Shown here: positions 43,179 to 64,000 of the stretch, one piece after another | Layout: the number at the start of each line of letters is the position of its first letter | How positions within the stretch are numbered: position 1 is the first letter of the stretch | NCBI RefSeq assembly: GCF_032444005.1 | Contig: NC_091283.1 | Coordinates: forward strand, 185,690,001-185,754,000 | Length of the DNA stretch: 64,000 nucleotides | Direction: 5' to 3' | From: Ranitomeya imitator | Taxonomy: Eukaryota | Translations under genes and position numbers: made by a program | Notes under the pieces: generated by a model | Seen by the model: only the letters and a program-made list of their open reading frames with translations | Told to the model about the DNA's origin: nothing | The model's database searches: none

Positions 43179-44543
43179 TAGGTATATTTTTTTTTATTTT
43201 TCAATTTTTAAAATGACCTATAATCCTACATACAAGGAACAAATACCACAACACTATGACCAGATGACATATTACCACCACAGTGATCGAATAATATAAA
43301 ATACAAGGAACAAATACCACAACACCATGACCAGACCACATATTACCACCAATGACTGAATACTACAATACTGATCAGTAATAAAAAGAAAACCCACAAT
43401 ACTATCACCATCAGTGCCATTATACACAGGAGATCTGTACTTAGTATGCAGTGAGGAGATCTGTAATTAGTATGCAGTGTCTGTGTAGAGGTAATACAGT
43501 GATCACCGGTGACAATATACACAGGAGCTCTGTATATAATGTATAGGTAATACAGTGATCACTGGTGACATTGTACACAGGACCTCTGTATATAGTATAC
43601 AGTGTATAGTGTCAGTGTATAGGTAACACTGACTCACCAGTGACGTCTCTAGGTGAAGTCCTTCATCTTTCATCCAGCACAGACCGCCATCACTTCATCC
43701 AGCCAGGACTCGTCTCTGCAGGAAATAACACAGTTATCTCGAGTTCCGCTTGTAGAACACATTACTTAATTTTCCCAGCCTCTACATTACACCACATGAA
43801 GAAGGCGACATAGTATCACTCTACACAGTAACAGGACCGCCCCCCATTTAAAACAGTATACTCAAAAAATAAAATAAATACATCACTGCAATAATAATAT
43901 CCCTTAATTAGCCCCTATGGTAATATTCCCCATCCTGGCCCCCGTGTGTCTCATTCCAGGCTCCAGCCATATGTTCTCCCATCCTGCCCTCATGAGTATC
44001 CATTCTGCCCCATCTGTCTCCATCGTATCCATCCTGCCCCATTCTGTGTCCAATTCTGCCCCATCTCTGTCCAGCACTCTGCCCCATCTCTGTCCAGCAC
44101 TCTGCCCCATCTCTGTCCAGCACTCTGCCCAGCACTCTGCCCCATCTCTGTCCAGTTTTTTGCCCCTGTGTCCAGCGTTCTTCCCTGGGCCCCCCGGATC
44201 GCCGCTCTCAAGAAAAAAAAAAAGAAGTTCTTCTTACCTGGCCGTGCTCCTGCGGCGGGCGAAGTCTCCACGCAGCTGCAGCGTGCACTCGCCGGCGACT
44301 GACAATGATGTCAGACGCCGGCGACATGCACGCACGCTGCGGCTGACGTCAGCTGGCGGCTGTTAACTATTGACGTGCGGGCCCGCGCCCGCACGTCAAT
44401 AGCTTTAAACAGCTGCAGCGTTGGCGCTAAGGGCCCGGTTAGCCTGCGGCTGCCGGTAGGGGCCCGGTGAGCAGATGAGACGGGGCCCTGCCCACCAGGC
44501 CCCATACGCCAATCACGGCCGTCATGCCCTGATGGCGGCCCTG

Positions 44544-45180
44544 CCTGACAGCACCGGTGACGGGCGATGCCCACCTGACACAGCACCGGTGACGGGCGAT
44601 GCCCACCTGACACAGCACCGGTGACGGGTGATGCCCACCTGACACAGCACCGGTGACGGGCGATGCCCACCTGACACAGCACCGGTGACGGGCGATGCCC
44701 ACCTGACACAGCACCGGTGACGGGCGATGCCCACCTGACACAGCACCGGTGACGGGCGATGCCCACCTGACACAGCACCGGTGACGGGCGATGCCCATCT
44801 GACACAGCACCGGTGACGGGCGATGCCCACCTGACACGACCACGGTGACGGGCGATGCCCACCTGACACAGCACCGGTGACGGGCGATGCCCACCTGACA
44901 CAGCACCGGTGACGGGCGATGCCCACCTGACACAGCACCGGTGACGGGCGATGCCCACCTGACATAGCACCGGTGACGGGCGATGCCCACCTGACACAGC
45001 ACCGGTGACGGGCGATGCCCACCTGACACAGCATCGGTGACGGGCGATGCCCACCTGACACGACCACGGTGATGGGCGATGCCCACCTGACACAGCACCG
45101 GTGACGGGCGATGCCCACCTGACACGACCACGGTGATGGGCGATGCCCACCTGACACAGCACCGGTGACGGGCGATTCCC
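44544..45180. repeat. 32 bp minisatellite, right half (about 20 copies)
   Basis: Same unit as 40605-41351, highly homogeneous. Confidence 0.95.
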
Positions 45181-45299
45181 ACACCCTATCACCATACCAG
45201 TGACAACGTCCAGTATAGCAGTCCTGCCAGTCACAGACCCTGGTGCACAGCAGCTGGTGCCCTCCGTATTACACCCCATGTCTCTGGCGGCCAGTGACA

Positions 45300-45750
45300 C
45301 AGCCTTACTCACCTAACAGTGTCCCCCAGGAGCAGGGCCAGCACTCTGACTCTCACCTGCAGATGTTTTTTTCTCACTTATTTCCGTGTTACTTCCCAGC
45401 CACATGACGTCATCATGAAGGGACTTTTCGCATGACAGAAACCAGAGAAGCGGAAGTGGGGCAGGTTCCACATTCTTACCGGACGGAAGTGGGGCACGCT
45501 CACCTCTCCGTCATGATACGATGTACTCTCCTGACACCCGGCATGCCCTCATCTGATTGGTCAATGTTTCCTTGCGCGTCTTTTCATTGGTCCGTGCAGT
45601 GGGCACGAGAACAGTTCCACCCTTCGTCACGCCGCTGGACACGCCCCTCTGGAAATAATTTAGCTTCTAATTGGATAAAAATTCCTAGCTGGTGGGCGGA
45701 GCTTAGCAAGTGGGCAGAAATGGGGAGCAGACCCAGTGTGGGTGAGTGAG
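45300..45750. promoter_or_regulatory. Bidirectional IKBKG/G6PD promoter with putative non-coding first exons
   Basis: Minus-strand donors GTGAGT (45312) and GTGAGA (45356); plus-strand donor GTGAGT (45742). CRE TGACGTCA 45405-45412, kB-like GGGACTTTTC 45420-45429, ETS CGGAAGTG 45451 and 45484, ATTGG boxes 45556/45586/45670, GC box 45694. Confidence 0.72.
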
Positions 45751-46505
45751 AGCGAGGGTGGAGCGCACTCTCCTCCTGGCTGTTGTAGGGGCAGAACCGG
45801 CCGTGACTCTCCTTGTGTATCGTGTATGTTGCCATTGTGGGGATTAGTACTACAAGTCCCAGAATGCATTCACAAAGCAGCCAATGCTGAGATTTGTAGT
45901 TCTGAAAGAGAACTCTTTAGCTGGTACTACAAGTCCCGAAGTTTCCTGATAGGATATGCTGACACTTGTAGTTCTACTAAAGTGGAGGAAAAAATGAAAA
46001 AAATGTTTACATTGCGCTTCCATACAACAAGTCTCGGAATACCGATACTGAGGCTGCTGGGACTTGTAGTTCTACAGTCATTGAATGGACAGCATTGTCC
46101 TAGCATGCCACTCCAATCAGAAGCTGCTGGCCATGCTGAGACTTGTAGTCCTACCACACGTCTGTAACAAGCATGTTTTTAGGATCTAATGCTATGGGAA
46201 TAAATACGTTTAAAAAAACTCCCTCCATGTGCAAGGGTCCAGGAAGCTGAGATCGGGGGGCTGTGTGAGAGGGTCCGCCCTTATGCATGGCAACTACTGA
46301 GCCAAAATGAGATCTGTACTCTGATTGGCTGCTACTCCATTTTGGGTGCATGAATTATTTATATAATATTTATATGTGACGCCCCCTATTGTAAGTCAGC
46401 GACCTGCGGAGATGCAGGAGTGATCAGGTGAGGAGGAGGCGGGCTGTGGGGAGACATGCGGGGGAATGGGGAAGTGGGTGTGGAAAGCATCGGGGAGGAA
46501 TATAC

Positions 46506-46815
46506 AGCCGGAGCCAGCCCCATCATACACCCGAGCCAGCCCCATCATACACCCGAGCCAGCCCCATCATACACAGACAGCACCGGAGCCAGCCCCATCA
46601 TACAGACAGAGCCGGAGCCAGCCCCATCATACAGACAGAGCCGGAGCCAGCCCCATCATACACAGACAGAGCCGGAGCCAGCCCCATCATACACAGACAG
46701 AGCCGGAGCCAGCCCCATCATACACAGACAGAGCCGGAGCCAGCCCCATCATACACAGACAGAGCCGGAGCCAGCCCCATCATACACAGACAGAGCCGGA
46801 GCCAGCCCCATCACA
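46506..46815. repeat. 31 bp minisatellite (G6PD intron 1)
   Basis: Unit GCCGGAGCCAGCCCCATCATACACAGACAGA. Confidence 0.93.
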
Positions 46816-46997
46816 CAGACGGCATCCAGTCACCGGGACCCCAGCGCCAGTGAGTAGTGGGGCTGCAATCAGAGACCGAAAGTGGGCACTTTGTGCTTCA
46901 CTCTGCTGTATGTGCAATGATCACTCCTAGGAATGGTCTGGGGGGCGGGGGGTGGTGACACACATTTTATTCCATCCCCATTGGTAGATACATTAAG

Positions 46998-47682
46998 TTG
47001 TCTCTGGCGCGGAGCCTCTGTCTCTGGCGCGGAGCCTCTGTCTCTGGCGCGGAGCCTCTGTCTCTGGCGCGGAGCCTCTGTCTCTGGCGCGGAGCCGCTG
47101 TCTCTGACGCTGATCCGCTGTCTCTGGCGCGGAGCCGCTGTCTCTGACGCTGATCCGCTGTCTCTGACGCTGATCCGCTGTCTCTGGCGCTGATCCGCTG
47201 TCTCTGGCGCTGATCCGCTGTCTCTGGCGCTGATCCGCTGTCTCTGGCGCGGAGCCTCTGTCTCTGGCGCGGAGCCTCTGTCTCTGGCGCGGAGCCTCTG
47301 TCTCTGGCGCGGAGCCTCTGTCTCTGGCGCGGAGCCTCTGTCTCTGGCGCGGAGCCTCTGTCTCTGGCGCGGAGCCTCTGTCTCTGGCGCGGAGCCGCTG
47401 TCTCTGGCGCGGAGCCGCTGTCTCTGGCGCGGAGCCGCTGTCTCTGGCGCGGAGCCTCTGTCTCTGGCGCGGAGCCGCTGTCTCTGGCGCGGAGCCTCTG
47501 TCTCTGGCGCGGAGCCTCTGTCTCTGGCGCGGAGCCTCTGTCTCTGGCGCGGAGCCTCTGTCTCTGGCGCGGAGCCGCTGTCTCTGGCGCGGAGCCGCTG
47601 TCTCTGGCGCGGAGCCTCTGTCTCTGGCGCGGAGCCGCTGTCTCTGGCGCGGAGCCGCTGTCTCTGGTGCGGAGCCGCTGTC
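46998..47682. repeat. 20 bp minisatellite, about 34 copies (G6PD intron 1)
   Basis: Unit TGTCTCTGGCGCGGAGCC(T/G)C with a GCTGATCCGC variant block at about 47100-47240. Confidence 0.95.
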
Positions 47683-48375
47683 ACGGATCACGTCAGGTGA
47701 TGCCCCATAGAGGATGGCCAGCGGCAGGCTTTCCCATGTATAGTGACAGGCAATATCTCTCTCCTTCTTTAGTCAGGATCTGGGCTGGATGTCAGTGAAT
47801 GGACGCCTTCTCCACATACTGGAGCTCTTGCTCGCAGCTGAGGGTTTGCTCCATTTGCAGGCAGTTCAGAGCCCAGATTCTTGCTTATTTACCGTGTGCC
47901 ATTCATACAGGTGTCATCTAACGTGGTCTCGGGGGTCTTCCTCCCGGGCTCAGGTGCCCCCTCTGGCTATGCGCAGGCAGGAGGATACATAAGTGTAATG
48001 TACCTGTGCAGTGACCACAGCAGCTGTGAAGGGGTTACCTGCAATAGGAGGTGCAGGGTATGTGCTGTATCATGCTGACGCCGGGCTGCTGCCTTTTGTC
48101 TCCTGCACCTTGCCTGTAGACCTTGGCAGCGCTCGCCCTGCAGATCCACACCCATACAACCTGCCAGGGCACGTCAGCTGTGCCAGCAACAGACAGTGTG
48201 CGGAGCGCGGCACCAGGTGAATACTGCGCATCGCCCAGGGGCAGCTCAAGGCCAATGTGTAGTCTAAAAATGACACCAGAGAGCAGTAGCGGGGGCTTCT
48301 TGTGTGCAGGGCATCCTCCCATTCTAGGCTGATATTAACCCTTTGTCTCCCCCCTCCTTCTCCACAGAGCACAAG

Positions 48376-62529
<14,154 letters not shown>

Positions 62530-62894
62530 TAAAGGGAATCCATCGCCAGCAGGGTCAGACTGGCCCACCGGAATATCTGAGTATTCTCTGGTGGGCCCAG
62601 GCACTGGCACATGCTGGCATGTCAGTGATCCATCATGACGGAACAGTGCTCTGTTTCTTAGAAATAGTGAGCTAGACAATCGTGTCAGCAGTGACGGTGG
62701 GAGGAGTGATGATCAGTACGTCAAATCTCCTCCCAGAAAAAAAGACGGAAGAGCAGGGCGCGTGTCACCGCTGACACGATCGTCTTCTGCAGACTGGAGC
62801 TCACTAGTTGTTAAGAACAGAGCGCTGTTCCGTTATGATGGATTTTTTTCCCCTGCGTTGAATACTCTGTGAGAGCGGTGCTGCTGCTGATTGG

Positions 62895-63820
62895 CTATAT
62901 CGCCCCTGACTGTGCCCCCTCTCCCTGTATCACCCCTGACTGCGCCCTCTATCCCTGTATTGCCCCTGACTGCGCCACCTCTCCCTGTATCGCCCCTGAC
63001 TGCGCCCCCCTCTCCTTGTATAGCCCCTGACTTTGTCCCCTCTCCTTGTATCGCCCCTGACTGCGCCCCCTCTCCTTGTATAGCCCCTGACTTTGTCCCC
63101 TCTCCCTGTATCGTTCCTAACTGCACCCCCTCTCCCTGTATCGCCCCTGACTTTGTCCCCTCTCCCTGTATCGACCCTGACTGCAGCTCCTCTCCCTGTA
63201 TAGCCACTGACTGCACCCCCTCTCCCTGTATCGCCCCTGACTGCGCCCTCTATCCCTGTATCGCCCCTGACTTTGTCCCCTCTCCCTGTATCGCCCCTGA
63301 CTGCGCCCCCTCTCCCTGTATCGCCCCTGACTTTGTCCCCTCTTCTTGTATCGACCCTGACTGCAGCTCCTCTCCCTGTATAGCCACTGACTGCACCCCC
63401 TCTCCCTGTATCGCCCCTGACTGCGCCCTCTATCCCTGTATCGCCCCTGATTGCGCCCCCTCTCCCTGTATCGCCCCGGACTGCGCCCCCCTCTCCCTGT
63501 ATAGCCCCTGACTTTGTCCCCTCTCCCTGTATCGCCCCTGACTGCGCCCCCTCTCCCTATATAGCCCCTGACTTTGTCCCCTCTCCCTGTATCGCCCCTG
63601 ACTGCGCCCCCTCTCCCTGTATCGCCCCTGACTGCGCCCCCTCTCCCTGTATCGCGCCTGACTGCACCCCCTATCCCTGTATAGCCCCTGACTTTGCCCC
63701 CTCTCCCTGTATCACCCCTGACTTTGCCCCCTCTCCCTGTATCTGCCCCTGACTTTGCCCCCTCTCCATGTATCTGCCCCTGACTGCACCCCCTATCCCT
63801 GTTTTGCCCCTGACTTTGCG
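62895..63820. repeat. 30 bp minisatellite, about 30 copies (G6PD intron)
   Basis: Unit CCCTGACTGCGCCCCCTCTCCCTGTATCGC with CTTTGT and TATAG variants. Confidence 0.96.
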
Positions 63821-64000
63821 ATGTCCCATAAGGCCCCCATAAACGCTAGATTAAAGTCGGCTGAAATATCGACAGGTTCAGCCAACACTCTGTGTACGGG
63901 TGAGATGGCGATCACACATGTTTGATATCAGACTTCTGATCGCTTTGTTCTCCCGGAGATAAGCCGCCAGCAGAGGTGTCACAGAGAACGCAGGAGCGCT

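Larger units (their letters stand above)
41352..44543. mobile_element. Non-autonomous hAT element inserted into the minisatellite
   Basis: TIR CAGGGCTGCCA/TGGCGGCCCTG with exact 8 bp TSD CCTGACAG (41344-41351 and 44544-44551). Confidence 0.9.

Noticed and set aside
40509-45312. Cys-rich ORFs and a CRISPR-like look of the 32 bp repeats
   Set aside because: The repeats are head to tail with no unique spacers, there are no cas genes, and the context is a eukaryotic intron.
46869-47691. ORFs of 232-271 aa with RQRQRLRARD repeats
   Set aside because: Artefact of the 20 bp minisatellite.
62833-63511. Collagen-like (GAIQGEG) and PCIAPD repeat ORFs
   Set aside because: 30 bp unit (10 codons) in a G6PD intron; no true Gly-X-Y periodicity or exon signals.

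Overview
Vertebrate genomic DNA, almost certainly a frog: the proteins are Xenopus-like and the introns are full of anuran-type MITE, DIRS and Helitron repeats. Four protein-coding genes form two head-to-head pairs. (1) An inversin-like ankyrin gene on the minus strand starts at 199 and runs off the left edge; it is absent from the ORF track. (2) An intron-containing, selenocysteine-encoding selenophosphate synthetase (SEPHS2-type) lies on +, with 8 exons at 424-12626, in-frame UGA at 547 and a SECIS at about 12860-12932. (3) IKBKG/NEMO lies on -, with 13 coding exons at 38622-14109, four more than human. (4) G6PD lies on +, with 9 coding exons at 48376-62523, and continues beyond the window. 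Both divergent pairs share short, motif-rich promoters (200-423 and about 45300-45750). The introns hold a 5.5 kb piggyBac-type non-autonomous element with a 390 bp internal array, two DIRS retrotransposons, Tc1, Tc2-like, hAT and Helitron elements, PIF/Harbinger and TTAA-type MITEs, L2-like LINE tails and about ten minisatellites. There is one assembly gap (4363-4589). I found no rRNA, tRNA or CRISPR. All annotation was done by eye; exon boundaries were checked by GT/AG and phase continuity.
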